A stretch of DNA of 32,000 nucleotides. Source: Candidatus Pacearchaeota archaeon (GTDB lineage Archaea; Nanobdellota; Nanobdellia; Pacearchaeales; UBA284). The notes below the pieces were generated by a model. The model saw nothing but the letters and a program-made list of their open reading frames with translations, did no database searches and was not told where the DNA came from. The DNA lies in the NCBI GenBank assembly GCA_026016245.1, contig CP061211.1, forward strand, positions 510,001 to 542,000, given 5' to 3'. The translations under genes and the position numbers were made by a program. Shown here piece after piece: positions 15,374-25,746 of the stretch (within the stretch, counting starts at the first letter, position 1; each line of letters starts with the position of its first letter).

Positions 15374-16612
15374 ATGGTCAAAAAAAGAGGACAAAATAAT
15401 CAAAATAATAATATAGATCAAATTTTTGATTCTTTTATTAATCAAACTATTTTTAGGAATAAACTAATTTTACAAACAAATTATACTCCTGAAACAATAC
15501 CACATAGAGAAAAACAGATAACACAAGTTGCTTCTATAATTGCTCCAAGCTTAAGAATGGAGAAACCTAGTAATCTTTTTATCTATGGCTTGACAGGAAC
15601 TGGAAAGACATTAGTTATTAACTATGTTAAAAGTGAACTACTTAAGAGGGCTTCTAAACAAAAGATTCCACTTTTAATCCCTTATATAAATTGTAAATTA
15701 AGGAAAGTAGCAGATACAGAATATAGGATTCTTGCAGAATTATTGAATAAGTTAGGAGAGAAAGTTCCTGCAACAGGGCTTCCAACAGATAAGCTTTATC
15801 ATAAATTCATTGAACTTATTGATTCTAAAAAACAAATCATCATTATTATTTTAGATGAAATTGATCAGGCTGTTAAGAAAATTGGTGATGACTTTTTGTA
15901 TAGTTTTACAAGACTTAGTTCTGAATTGAACAAGGCACAAATAAGCATTATAGGAATATCTAATGATTTAAAATTTATAGATGTTTTAGACCCTAGAGTA
16001 AAGAGTTCGTTAAGTGAAGAAGAAATCTTGTTTCCCCCTTATAATGCATTACAACTTCAGGATATTTTGAAGAAAAGGGCGAAAGAGGCATTTAAACCAA
16101 AAATTGTTGGTGAAGGTGTTATTGAGAAATGTTCAGCTTATGCTGCCCGTGAACATGGTGATGCTAGACGTGCTTTAGATTTATTGAGAATTGCTGGTGA
16201 GGTTGTTGAAAGGGATAGTAAAAACAAGATCACATTAGAATATATAGACAAGGCCAAAGAAAGAATAGAATCTGACAAGATTTTAATGGCTGTTGAAACA
16301 CAACCAAAGCAATTCCAGATCACACTTTTGGCTATTCTTAACTTATATAAAAAATTGAAAGATAAAAATAGCCCTATTTTTACAGGAGATATTTATAATG
16401 TTTACAGAGATTTTTGTCATAAAACAAAGACAGAATGCTTAACACAGAGACGTATTTCAGATATTATAGCTGAATTTGATATGTCTGGTGTGATTAATGC
16501 TAGAGTTATTAGCAAAGGAAGATATGGGAGATGTAGAGAAATAAGAATTGATCATCCTTCAAATTTAATTGAAAAAATCAATCGTCTTTTAATGGAATCC
16601 TTAAATTTATAA
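15374..16612 (+). CDS. cdc6: Orc1/Cdc6 replication initiator
   Basis: AAA+ Walker A LFIYGLTGTGKTLVINYV, Walker B IIIILDEIDQ, YAAREHGDARRALDLLRIAGE sensor-2 region, C-terminal wHTH. Confidence 0.93.
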   Translation: MVKKRGQNNQNNNIDQIFDSFINQTIFRNKLILQTNYTPETIPHREKQITQVASIIAPSLRMEKPSNLFIYGLTGTGKTLVINYVKSELLKRASKQKIPLLIPYINCKLRKVADTEYRILAELLNKLGEKVPATGLPTDKLYHKFIELIDSKKQIIIIILDEIDQAVKKIGDDFLYSFTRLSSELNKAQISIIGISNDLKFIDVLDPRVKSSLSEEEILFPPYNALQLQDILKKRAKEAFKPKIVGEGVIEKCSAYAAREHGDARRALDLLRIAGEVVERDSKNKITLEYIDKAKERIESDKILMAVETQPKQFQITLLAILNLYKKLKDKNSPIFTGDIYNVYRDFCHKTKTECLTQRRISDIIAEFDMSGVINARVISKGRYGRCREIRIDHPSNLIEKINRLLMESLNL

Positions 16613-16628
16613 TCAAGGCTAAAGTAAA

Positions 16629-18191
16629 ATGGAAGAGGGGGATATTAAAAATTTAATGAAGAGAGGTTATTTAGTTGAACCTACACTTACAGAAATTTTA
16701 TCCAATAAATCTCTTTCTTCAGTTCCCCTTATAAACTTGATAATGAATTTAGAACCACCAAAATTAATTTCTAGAGATTTTTTTCTAATAAATGTTCCAA
16801 AAATTATTGGACAAATTAACAATCTCAATATCGATAAAAAACTCATGTTTGAAGCAAGCAGTTATCTTATGACTTTTATTGAGAAAGAACCAAAATTAGA
16901 GATTAAAAAAGAGGAGAAAGAAAAGTTAGAAGCTGAAATTAGTAAAAGGAGAGTTGTTGTTACAGAAATTATAGAGCCACAGGTTAAGAAGATAGAAGTA
17001 AAGGATTTTGTGAGGTGTTTTCGAGACAGATTTTTAACAATTAAAAATTTTATTCAAGAGCATGATTTAAAAGGCCTGACTAGTATAGGAAAAATCTCTA
17101 GCAATAGGCGTTTTCTTTCTGTTATCGGTCTTGTAAATGCTAAAAGAATAACTAAGAACAAGAATCTGTTGCTTACAATAGAGGATATGACAGGTAAGAT
17201 TAATGTTATTGTTCATCATGATAAGACTGATTTATTTGAGAAAGGGAAATATGTTGTTTTGGATGAGGTAATTGCTGTAACAGGGTCTGGTTCTAATGAA
17301 ATAATATTTGCAAATGATATTATTTTCCCTGATATTGCTGCTGTTGAAAAGAAGAGATCAGATAAAGAAGAGTATGCAGCTTTTACTTCTGATATACATC
17401 TTGGTTCAGTTAAGTTTCTTGAAGAGAATTTCCTTAAATTTATTGATTGGTTGAATGGAAAAATAGGTTCAGAAAAACAAAGGGAGCTATCTTCAAAAAT
17501 AAAATATCTTTTTATTGCTGGTGATAATGTGGATGGAATTGGTGTTTATCCAAAACAAGAAAAGGAACTCATTATTAGGGATATTAGGGAGCAGTATAAA
17601 AAATTAGCAGAGTTTTTAGGAAAGATACGTAAAGATGTTACAATTATCATGTGTCCTGGAGGGATGCACGATGCTGTCAGGCTTGTAGAACCACAACCAA
17701 AAATACCAAAAGAAATAGCTCCAGAGTTATATGAACTAGAAAATTTAATCCTGACAACAAATCCATCAATAATTAAGATAGCGCACTCAAGAAATTTTCC
17801 TGGGTTTAATGTTTTGATGTATCATGGAGATTCTTATGACTATTATGGAGATGCTGTTGATCCTTTAAGACAGAATAATGCTAAGTTAAGACCAGATATG
17901 ATAATCCATTTTTTACTGAAGAAAAGACATCTGGCGCCAACACATACATCAACAACTTATTATCCTGGAGAAAAAGATTATCTTGTTATCAGGAATGTCC
18001 CAGACATTTTTGTTTCAGGCCATATTCATAAGAGTGCTATTTCATCTTATAACAATATTCTAACCATCTCATGCTCGTGCTGGCAATTAAAAACAGCATT
18101 TCAAGAAAAATTTGGTCATGAGCCTGATCCTTGTAAAGTTCCAATATTAAATTTGAAGACAGGCAAGGTTAATATGCTTGATTTTAGTTGA
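16629..18191 (+). CDS. polB: DNA polymerase D small subunit (DP1)
   Basis: OB-fold then phosphoesterase domain: AAFTSDIHLGSVKFLEENF, LFIAGDNVDGIGVYPKQEKEL, CPGGMHDAVR, VFVSGHIHKSA. Confidence 0.93.
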   Translation: MEEGDIKNLMKRGYLVEPTLTEILSNKSLSSVPLINLIMNLEPPKLISRDFFLINVPKIIGQINNLNIDKKLMFEASSYLMTFIEKEPKLEIKKEEKEKLEAEISKRRVVVTEIIEPQVKKIEVKDFVRCFRDRFLTIKNFIQEHDLKGLTSIGKISSNRRFLSVIGLVNAKRITKNKNLLLTIEDMTGKINVIVHHDKTDLFEKGKYVVLDEVIAVTGSGSNEIIFANDIIFPDIAAVEKKRSDKEEYAAFTSDIHLGSVKFLEENFLKFIDWLNGKIGSEKQRELSSKIKYLFIAGDNVDGIGVYPKQEKELIIRDIREQYKKLAEFLGKIRKDVTIIMCPGGMHDAVRLVEPQPKIPKEIAPELYELENLILTTNPSIIKIAHSRNFPGFNVLMYHGDSYDYYGDAVDPLRQNNAKLRPDMIIHFLLKKRHLAPTHTSTTYYPGEKDYLVIRNVPDIFVSGHIHKSAISSYNNILTISCSCWQLKTAFQEKFGHEPDPCKVPILNLKTGKVNMLDFS

Positions 18192-21100
18192 AGGAAAAGA
18201 TGTACAAATATTTTAAAGAAATAGAAAATGGAACAAGAACAGCATATTCTGTGGCTGAAGAAGCAAGAAAGAAAGGCCTTGATCCTAAATCAGTTGTGGA
18301 AATAAAGATAGCTACAAACCTTGCTCAGAGAGCCATTGGTTTGATTGCTTCTAAATATCCCCAAGTTCAAAATGAGAAGATAGAAAGGAGAATTAAGGAA
18401 TTAGAGAAAGAGCATGGCTTTCTTGATCATGCTGTTTGTTTAAAAATAGCTGAAGAAATTGCAAAAGAGAGATTCTGTAAGTTTAAGGATTTGCACGAGG
18501 CAATAGATGCTGGCATCAGAGTAGCTTTTGCTTATTATACTCTTGGGGTAGTTGTTCCACCCCTTGAAGGATTCACCCATTTTGAAATTAAAAAGACAAG
18601 AAATGGAAAAGATTTTTTTGCAGCTTATTATTCTGGCCCTATTCGTTCAGCTGGTGTTACTGCAGCATTTTTTTCACTTGTTATTGTTGATTACCTAAGA
18701 GAAGTTTTTGGTTATGCTAAATATGATCCTACTGAAATTGAGACTAAGAGGGGGATCACAGAAGTATATGATTATCATGAACGTGTTACAAACTTACAAT
18801 ATCTTGCGACACCAGAAGAAATAAAGTTGGCATTAAGTAATGTGCCAATCCAGATTGATGGGCTACCTACAGAAGAAAGAGAAGTGAGTAATTATAAAGA
18901 TCTAGAAAGAATAGAAACAAATAGAATAAGAGGGGGTTTTTGTTTGATTTTAAGCGAATCACTTTGCCAGAAAGTTCCTAAATACTGGAAAATAATTATT
19001 AAATTAAGGAATAAAGGATTTAAACTTAGTGGCTGGGATTTTTTAGAAAAATTAATTGAACTTAAGGAAAAGATTCAGGAAAAAAAGAAGAAGCAAGAAG
19101 CTGCAGCCACATACATTCAAGATGCTGTTGCTGGTAGACCTATATTTGGACACCCTTCCCGATCAGGAGCTTTCCGGTTATGTTATGGTAGATGTAGGTT
19201 TAGTGGTTATAGTGCTGCAGCAATTAATCCAGCTACCATGAAAATCTTTGATGATTTTATAGCAGTAGGAACACAATTAAAATTAGAAAGACCAACTAAG
19301 GGTGCCTCAATAACTGTCTGTGATGATATTGATGGGCCAATAATTAAGTTAGAAGATGATTCTGTGGTTGAAGTTAAAACATTAGAACAAGCAGAAGAAG
19401 TGAAAGACAAGATAAAAGAGATAATTTATTCAGGGGACTTGCTTGTTTCTTATGGAGATTTTATTAATAGGAACCACCCTTTATTGCCTTGTGGATATAA
19501 CCCAGACTGGTGGCTGACAGAATTGAAGGCAATTGCAGTAAAATATGGAGACCCAGAAAAATTAGCTGGGAAAAGTCCAGAGGAATTAGAAAAAATACAA
19601 AATCTTTTGAAAAATATTGATAAAAAAAATGTTTCTATTGAAAATGCTATTAAAATAAGTGATTTATTTAGATTGCCTTTACATTCAAATTTTATTTTTT
19701 ATTGGTCCCAGATAAATTTTGAACAATTTCTTTCTTTGATTGAATGGTTTTCTGAGTCAAACTTAAGAGAAGGCAAGTTAAATCTACCTTATGAAACTCA
19801 CAGAAGAGAAAAATTTAGTAAAGCAAAAAGAACATTGGAATTATTAGGAATAGAACATCAAGTTACCACAGCGAATGTAGTGGTTGAATCTATAATTACA
19901 AAAGCCCTGGCAGTTAATCTTGATGTTAATCTAGAAAACTTTCTACGAGATTCAAAAAATTTATTAGAAAAAGCAAGAAAGAAGAACAAATCAACCAAAG
20001 TTCTTGATTTTGTAAATAAAACATCAAGATTTAAAATAAAAGATAAGGCAGGAAGTTTTATTGGCGCTAGAATGGGGAGGCCTGAAAAAGCTAAACCAAG
20101 AGAATTAACTGGCAGCCCCCATGTTCTATTTCCTGTAGGGGAACAAGGTGGAAGATTGAGAAGTTTTCAGGCAGCGATTAAAGAGGGTTATGTTGAGGCT
20201 GATTTCCCTCTTTATTATTGTGAAAATTGTAAAAAAGAAACAATTTATTTTATTTGTGAAAATTGTAAAAAAAAGACAAGAAAAATATACTATTGTCCAG
20301 AGTGTATCAAGAAGATTCATACTGAAAACTGCCCCTTACATGGAAAAGCAATGTCTTATTCAAAAACAAAACTAGATATCAAACATTATTTTGATGCTGC
20401 GACAAAACAATCAAGAATCAGGAATGAAGGTTCTGTTTTGGTAAAAGGAGTTAGAGGGACAAGCTCTAAAGATCATACTCCTGAAAATTTGGCTAAAGGT
20501 ATTTTGAGGGCAGCTTTTAATTTACATGTTAATAAGGACGGAACCATAAGGTATGATTCAAGCGAAGTTCCAATGACACAATTTAAACCAAAAGAAGCAA
20601 ATGTCAGCATAGAAAAGTTAAAGGAGTTAGGTTATTTTAAAGATATAAACGGCAGAGAGCTTAAAGATAAAGGCCAGATTTTAGAGTTAAAGCCGCACGA
20701 TGTTATTCTACCTTGTTTGCCACATTCTTCAGATGAACCAGCAAATGAGACTTTTTTTAGAGTGTCAAAATTTATGGACGCTTTGCTTGTAAATTTTTAT
20801 GGGATGAAACCTTTTTATGATTTAAAATGCAAGGAAGATCTTATTGGACACTTACTTTTATGCGAAGCCCCCCATAATTGTGCGGGGGTAGTTGGTAGAA
20901 TCATAGGTTTTAGTAATACCCAAGGTTTTTTTGCCTCTCCTTATATGCATGCAGCTATGAGAAGAGATTGTGATGGAGATGAAGCTGCTATGATGTTATT
21001 GCTTGATGCATTAATTAATTTCTCTAGAGAATATCTGCCAGCTCATCGTGGAGCAACACAAGATTCACCATTGATTTTGAACTCAAGAATAAGAGCACAA

Positions 21101-21721
21101 GAAGTTGATGATATGATATTTGATATGGATGTTGTTAAGAACTATCCTCTTGAACTTTATATGGCTGCAGAGAAATCTATGATGCCTAATACTGTTAAGA
21201 TAGAACAAATAAGTGACAGATTAAAGGATGAAGAACTTTTTTCTGCATTCAAAAATCTTTATTACACTCACGAAACTAGTAATCTAAATGATGCTACTCT
21301 TTGTAATTCTTATAAGACATTAATAACAATGCAGGATAAGGTTAATCATCAGATGGCTCTTGCTGAGAAACTAAGAGCAGTAGATACGGCAGATGTCGCA
21401 AGACTTGTTATAGAAAGGCATTTTATAAGAGACATCAAAGGAAATTTCCACAAGTTCACGAGGCAGAGGTTTAGATGTGTTAAATGTAATGAAAAATACA
21501 GAAGACCTCCTTTATCAGGTAAATGTAGATGTGGTGGGAGGATTATTTTTACAATTGCTGAGGGCTCTATAATTAAATATCTTGAGCCAGCAATACAATT
21601 AGCTAAGAAATATGGTGTTTCAGATTATGTGAAGCAATCTTTAGATCTTGTGAAGCAGGCTATAGAAAGTATCTTTGGTAAGGAGACAGAAAAACAGCAA
21701 GAATTGAAACAATGGTTCTGA
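18188..21721 (+). CDS. polC: DNA polymerase D large subunit (DP2)
   Basis: 1177 aa: PIRSAGVTAAFFSLVIVDYLRE, FLRVSKFMDALLVNFYG-type segment, MHAAMRRDCDGDEAAMMLLLDALINFSREYLPAHRG catalytic segment, zinc fingers. No intein apparent. Start overlaps the DP1 stop. Confidence 0.95.
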   Translation: MKEKMYKYFKEIENGTRTAYSVAEEARKKGLDPKSVVEIKIATNLAQRAIGLIASKYPQVQNEKIERRIKELEKEHGFLDHAVCLKIAEEIAKERFCKFKDLHEAIDAGIRVAFAYYTLGVVVPPLEGFTHFEIKKTRNGKDFFAAYYSGPIRSAGVTAAFFSLVIVDYLREVFGYAKYDPTEIETKRGITEVYDYHERVTNLQYLATPEEIKLALSNVPIQIDGLPTEEREVSNYKDLERIETNRIRGGFCLILSESLCQKVPKYWKIIIKLRNKGFKLSGWDFLEKLIELKEKIQEKKKKQEAAATYIQDAVAGRPIFGHPSRSGAFRLCYGRCRFSGYSAAAINPATMKIFDDFIAVGTQLKLERPTKGASITVCDDIDGPIIKLEDDSVVEVKTLEQAEEVKDKIKEIIYSGDLLVSYGDFINRNHPLLPCGYNPDWWLTELKAIAVKYGDPEKLAGKSPEELEKIQNLLKNIDKKNVSIENAIKISDLFRLPLHSNFIFYWSQINFEQFLSLIEWFSESNLREGKLNLPYETHRREKFSKAKRTLELLGIEHQVTTANVVVESIITKALAVNLDVNLENFLRDSKNLLEKARKKNKSTKVLDFVNKTSRFKIKDKAGSFIGARMGRPEKAKPRELTGSPHVLFPVGEQGGRLRSFQAAIKEGYVEADFPLYYCENCKKETIYFICENCKKKTRKIYYCPECIKKIHTENCPLHGKAMSYSKTKLDIKHYFDAATKQSRIRNEGSVLVKGVRGTSSKDHTPENLAKGILRAAFNLHVNKDGTIRYDSSEVPMTQFKPKEANVSIEKLKELGYFKDINGRELKDKGQILELKPHDVILPCLPHSSDEPANETFFRVSKFMDALLVNFYGMKPFYDLKCKEDLIGHLLLCEAPHNCAGVVGRIIGFSNTQGFFASPYMHAAMRRDCDGDEAAMMLLLDALINFSREYLPAHRGATQDSPLILNSRIRAQEVDDMIFDMDVVKNYPLELYMAAEKSMMPNTVKIEQISDRLKDEELFSAFKNLYYTHETSNLNDATLCNSYKTLITMQDKVNHQMALAEKLRAVDTADVARLVIERHFIRDIKGNFHKFTRQRFRCVKCNEKYRRPPLSGKCRCGGRIIFTIAEGSIIKYLEPAIQLAKKYGVSDYVKQSLDLVKQAIESIFGKETEKQQELKQWF

Positions 21722-21733
21722 AAATGATTTATT

Positions 21734-22936
21734 CTAGATCAAATACCAAATTATAACAGGCAATATTAAACAGCCCATCAGATACATTTTCCTTATTCCA
21801 AGCATAGAGGTTGAAATTCCTAAAGCTGTTGCTGTTATAAAAACCAAAAGAGCAAGCCAACCACTTAAGATAGGCACGAGAATTGTTAAAAATACCAATA
21901 TAGCCAAACAGAGCTTTTTATAATCTATTTTTGCGATGTTTTTGGAAAAGATTCTTGCAAAAATAAATGTTATAAAAACAGCAAGAGAACCTGCTAAAAG
22001 AGCAACAGCTAAAAAAAGCCATAATTGTTGCTCAGAGAAGATTCCAAGAAAACGCCCAATAAAAACAGCAATTCCTGTTCTTGGTCTACTTACAGAATAA
22101 AGAACAATAAAGCTTAATATCATAACTATTGTATTTATTGCCCCTAGTAAGATGAGAAAAGTTTTTTCATCTATTTTTTTCAATCCAGATGAAATCACAG
22201 CAGCTTGACTAGAACCAACACCAGGTAAAAAAGAAACAAGAGATGATGAAAATATACCTAAACCAAGAGCTTGTAAAATATTTTTTCTTTTGATTTTTAT
22301 AGGTTTTATTTTTTGTTCTGGGAGTTTAACATTTTTAACAATACTAATAGCTAATAAAGAAGCTCCAAATAAACCAGTGAAAAGAGGAAAGAGGGGTTGT
22401 TTTATAAGAGGAAAATTTAAAGTGGCATAACCTAAGATACCTGCAAGTAAAAAAAGGAAGAGGGCAGGAATTCTTTTTGATTTTTCTTCTTTAAAAATAA
22501 GGAAAATGACGATGGCAATAAGAAGAAAAACAATTATTTTTATTAAGAAAGGATAGAAATAAGGTAAAGTAACAATGAAGAAAGGGGCAAGAGCCAAAGC
22601 TATAAGTAAACCAAAAAAAGATCCTACTACAGTGAGTTTTACAGCACCATAACCTTTTCCTTTAAGTAATAAACGATGGCCTGGTAAAACACTTAAAGCA
22701 GTATCTTCATCAGGGGCGCCAAGGAAAATAGATGGAAGAAAATCAAGAAAAGTATGGGTTACTGCCATAGATATAATGAAGACTACAAGTATGGATGGAT
22801 CTGTGAACTGTAGGAAGAAAGCTGAACTTGAAAATAAAAGCAAAGCTAAAAGATTTATATGAATTCCAGGGATTAGGCCTGTTAGAGTTCCTGCTACAAG
22901 ACCGAGAAATATAGCTATCAGAATATATTCTATCAT
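21734..22936 (-). CDS. TctA-like (DUF112-type) multi-pass membrane protein
   Basis: Polytopic; GTLTGLIPGIHINLLALLLF, FLGAPDEDTALSVLPGHRLLLKGKGYGAVKLTVVGSFFG, SFLPGVGSSQAAVISS. Confidence 0.75.
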   Translation of the reverse strand: MIEYILIAIFLGLVAGTLTGLIPGIHINLLALLLFSSSAFFLQFTDPSILVVFIISMAVTHTFLDFLPSIFLGAPDEDTALSVLPGHRLLLKGKGYGAVKLTVVGSFFGLLIALALAPFFIVTLPYFYPFLIKIIVFLLIAIVIFLIFKEEKSKRIPALFLFLLAGILGYATLNFPLIKQPLFPLFTGLFGASLLAISIVKNVKLPEQKIKPIKIKRKNILQALGLGIFSSSLVSFLPGVGSSQAAVISSGLKKIDEKTFLILLGAINTIVMILSFIVLYSVSRPRTGIAVFIGRFLGIFSEQQLWLFLAVALLAGSLAVFITFIFARIFSKNIAKIDYKKLCLAILVFLTILVPILSGWLALLVFITATALGISTSMLGIRKMYLMGCLILPVIIWYLI

Positions 22937-23277
22937 CTCACAACTTCTATTTTATTTATCTCTATTTCAATTTCATCTTTATATTCAAAAATTTTTCCAA
23001 GAATAATAACTTCAGCTCCTTCAAAATTTCCAACATCTTTGTATATAACTGCGCGAATCCCTGCTGTACCATCATAAACAGTGAATATTGTTAAACCATT
23101 AATGTTTCTTTGATTTGTCACATCCCCCTTAATTCTAACCCACTCATCAATCATATTTTCGTTTATATCAGAAATTTTAGTAATATTAGGCTCGAGATTA
23201 TTGGCAAGAACGATTACAAGATAAATACCAATTAAGGTAGTTATTAAAGAAAACTTAAGTAGAGTACGGGTTTTCAT
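22933..23277 (-). CDS. N-terminally anchored OB-fold protein
   Basis: TM/signal segment LIGIYLVIVLANNL then WVRIKGDVTNQRNINGLTIFTVYDGTAGIRAVIYKD..VIILGKIFEYKDEIEIEI, an OB-fold pattern. Confidence 0.7.
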   Translation of the reverse strand: MKTRTLLKFSLITTLIGIYLVIVLANNLEPNITKISDINENMIDEWVRIKGDVTNQRNINGLTIFTVYDGTAGIRAVIYKDVGNFEGAEVIILGKIFEYKDEIEIEINKIEVVR

Positions 23278-23328
23278 ATTATCCCTTATTACGAAAACTA
23301 TAAAAAACTAAGCTACTATTGTTGAATA

Positions 23329-24423
23329 ATGGATACTCAAAAGAGGCTTGAGTTGATAAAGAGGAATACAGAAGAGATAATTACAGAGGATAGACTAAAA
23401 GAATTATTGAAATCTGGCAAGAAAATCAGGCATTACATTGGATTTGAGATCTCTGGTTTTGTACATCTCGGGACAGGTTTAGCAAGCATGCATAAAGTAG
23501 CTGATTTTCAGAAAGCAGGAGTAGAATGTATCATCTTTCTAGCTGATTGGCATAGTTGGATTAATAATAAATTAGGAGGAGATTTAGAGGTTATTAAGAA
23601 GGTAGCAGTAGGATATTTTAAAGAAGCTATGAAAATTTCTTTAAAATGTGTTGGGGGGAATCCAAATAAAGTAAAATTTGTTTTAGGTTCTGATTTATAT
23701 CATAATAATGATGATTATTGGAGAAAAGTTATTAAAATTTCTAAAAATTTAACTTTGAGCAGAGTCAAGCGTTCTATTACTATAATGGGTAGAAAACTTG
23801 GTGGGGAGATGCCTTTTGCTTGGTTAATTTATCCTCCAATGCAAGCAGCAGATATTTTTGCTTTGAATGTCAATCTTGCTCATGCAGGTATTGATCAGAG
23901 AAGCGCTCATGTTATTGCAATAGAATCAGCAAATAAAATAAAAAAAGAGAAGCCAATAGCAATTCACCATCATTTATTGCTCGGAGCTCAAAAACCTAAA
24001 ACGTGGCCTGTTAAAGATATTAAAGAAATTCTTTCTGAAATTAAAATGTCTAAATCTATTCCTAAGACAGCTATCTTTATTCATGATTCTTCAGAGGAAA
24101 TTAAAAATAAAGTAAAAAATGCTTTTTGTCCTGAAAGAGAAGTTGGATTTAACCCTGTTTTAGACTGGACAGAGTGGCTTATTTTTCCAATATTAGATAA
24201 AATTAAAATTGAACGCCCAAAAAAATTTGGCGAAACTATTATTTTTGATAATTATAAAAAACTTGAAAAAGAATATGCATCTGGAAAAATACATCCTCTT
24301 GATTTAAAGAATGCAGTTGCAGATTCTTTAATTAAAATTCTTGAACCAGCTAGAAAACATTTCTTTAAACCAAAAATAAGAAAGATGAAAGAACAATTAG
24401 AGAAATTAAGAGTTAATCATTGA
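23329..24423 (+). CDS. tyrS: Tyrosyl-tRNA synthetase
   Basis: YIGFEISGFVHLGTGLASMHKVADFQKAGVECIIFLADWHSW, GQ-less archaeal form with KMSKSIPKTAIFIHDS. Confidence 0.92.
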   Translation: MDTQKRLELIKRNTEEIITEDRLKELLKSGKKIRHYIGFEISGFVHLGTGLASMHKVADFQKAGVECIIFLADWHSWINNKLGGDLEVIKKVAVGYFKEAMKISLKCVGGNPNKVKFVLGSDLYHNNDDYWRKVIKISKNLTLSRVKRSITIMGRKLGGEMPFAWLIYPPMQAADIFALNVNLAHAGIDQRSAHVIAIESANKIKKEKPIAIHHHLLLGAQKPKTWPVKDIKEILSEIKMSKSIPKTAIFIHDSSEEIKNKVKNAFCPEREVGFNPVLDWTEWLIFPILDKIKIERPKKFGETIIFDNYKKLEKEYASGKIHPLDLKNAVADSLIKILEPARKHFFKPKIRKMKEQLEKLRVNH

Positions 24424-24431
24424 TTTTAATT

Positions 24432-24656
24432 TTATTCTGTTTTCTTCTTCTCAATCTTTGTACCGCACTCTGGGCAAAATTTTTCATCTCCTACCAATTG
24501 ATAATTACAGTTAGAACAAACTAGGATTTCTTCTCTTTTTTCTACCACTGTTGTATAGCCAGATCTCCCACTAATTAGTTTGCCAAAAGCTTCTCTAACT
24601 CTAGGGTCATTCATGTACTGTCTCAAATCACGGCAACCACCTGATGTAAATACCAT
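24432..24656 (-). CDS. Small zinc-ribbon protein
   Basis: CSNCNYQLVGDEKFCPECGTKIE, a two CxxC zinc-ribbon. Confidence 0.65.
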   Translation of the reverse strand: MVFTSGGCRDLRQYMNDPRVREAFGKLISGRSGYTTVVEKREEILVCSNCNYQLVGDEKFCPECGTKIEKKKTE

Positions 24657-24887
24657 TTATCTCCTCGCCTTAACCCGAGTTCTCACTTCTTTTTTTACTT
24701 CTCACTATTTCCTATGAAAATTTTTAATTAACTATGTTTTTAAATCTTTCCTTCGGTATTTTCCCTTATTTTTCATTTTATCGTCGGAAAATTAATGGAA
24801 AATACAATATTTTGTATGCTTCTTTCTCTAACCACAATTTGTAGACGGAAACGAAAGGCTTATATCTTATTTTTGATTGATTTTGTG

Positions 24888-25580
24888 ATGAAAAAAGCAG
24901 CAATTCTTTTTACTGGAGGGAAGGATTCTTGTTTAGCTTTGATGATTTCTAAGAAAAAAGGTTTTGATGTAAAATATCTCCTAACAATAATTCCAAGCTC
25001 TTATGATTCCTATATGTACCATAAACCTTCTTTAATTCTTTTGAAAGCTCAATCAAAATCTTTAGGAATTCCTTTAATAATTCAGAAAAGTAAAACAGAG
25101 AAGGAGAAAGAAGTTGAAGATCTGGATAAGTTATTTGAAAAAATTAAAAGGAAAGTTGATTATATTATTACAGGAGGAATAGTTTCAAAATATCAGAAAG
25201 AGAGAATTGAAAAAATTGTTAGGAAATTTGATCTTAAAATTTTTAATCCTCTTTGGGGAATGAAAGCTAGGGATATTTGGAAAGAATGTTTGAGAAATGA
25301 TTTTAAAGTCATCCTTACAAAAATTTGTTGTGAGGGATTAGATAAAGAATGGCTAGGAAAAAGAATTAGTAAGAAATTATTTGAAAATTTGATCGGGAAA
25401 AGTAGAAAATATGGTTTTAATCTTGAATTTGAAGGAGGGGATGCTGAAACAACTGTTCTAGACATGCCTTTATTCAAAGAAAAAATAGAGATAGATAGTA
25501 AAATTAAAAGTGAAAGCCTTTATAGGCATTTTTTAATCATTAAAAAAGTAAAAAAGAAAAAGAAAGAAATTAGAAAATAA
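24888..25580 (+). CDS. dph6: Diphthine--ammonia ligase-like protein (Dph6/ATPase PP-loop)
   Basis: MKKAAILFTGGKDSCLALMISKKKGFDVKYLLTI..., GGIVSKYQKERIEKI, FNPLWGMKARDIWKE, LEFEGGDAETTVLDMP. Start moved from 24795 to ATG 24888. Confidence 0.85.
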   Translation: MKKAAILFTGGKDSCLALMISKKKGFDVKYLLTIIPSSYDSYMYHKPSLILLKAQSKSLGIPLIIQKSKTEKEKEVEDLDKLFEKIKRKVDYIITGGIVSKYQKERIEKIVRKFDLKIFNPLWGMKARDIWKECLRNDFKVILTKICCEGLDKEWLGKRISKKLFENLIGKSRKYGFNLEFEGGDAETTVLDMPLFKEKIEIDSKIKSESLYRHFLIIKKVKKKKKEIRK

Positions 25581-25746
25581 ATGAAATACATAAAGAAATT
25601 AACCTTTTTTAAACATTTCTTTCCCCCGAAAGCCTATCTTTTCTTGGGTTTTCTGATTTAAATACATTATGATACTATTTTATAACGTTTTTATAAGATA
25701 TTTTGACAGGGGAAAATAATTTAAAATATCCTTTTTTGATATTATC

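Noticed and set aside
19056-20375. Small ORFs 19056-19241, 19207-19410, 20126-20320 and 20190-20375
   Set aside because: Embedded in the DP2 coding sequence and explained by frame or strand shadows.
18188-21721. Intein in DP2
   Set aside because: The 1177-aa length and uninterrupted motifs fit an intein-free DP2; no Cys/Ser-start block or terminal HN was seen interrupting the conserved regions.
24841-24862. GTAGACGGAAACGAAAGG resembling the 3' half of a canonical ORB (GGAAACGAAAGG)
   Set aside because: Only a half match, with no left half TTCCA, no second box and no AT-rich unwinding element; likely chance, though a genome-wide box search should include it.
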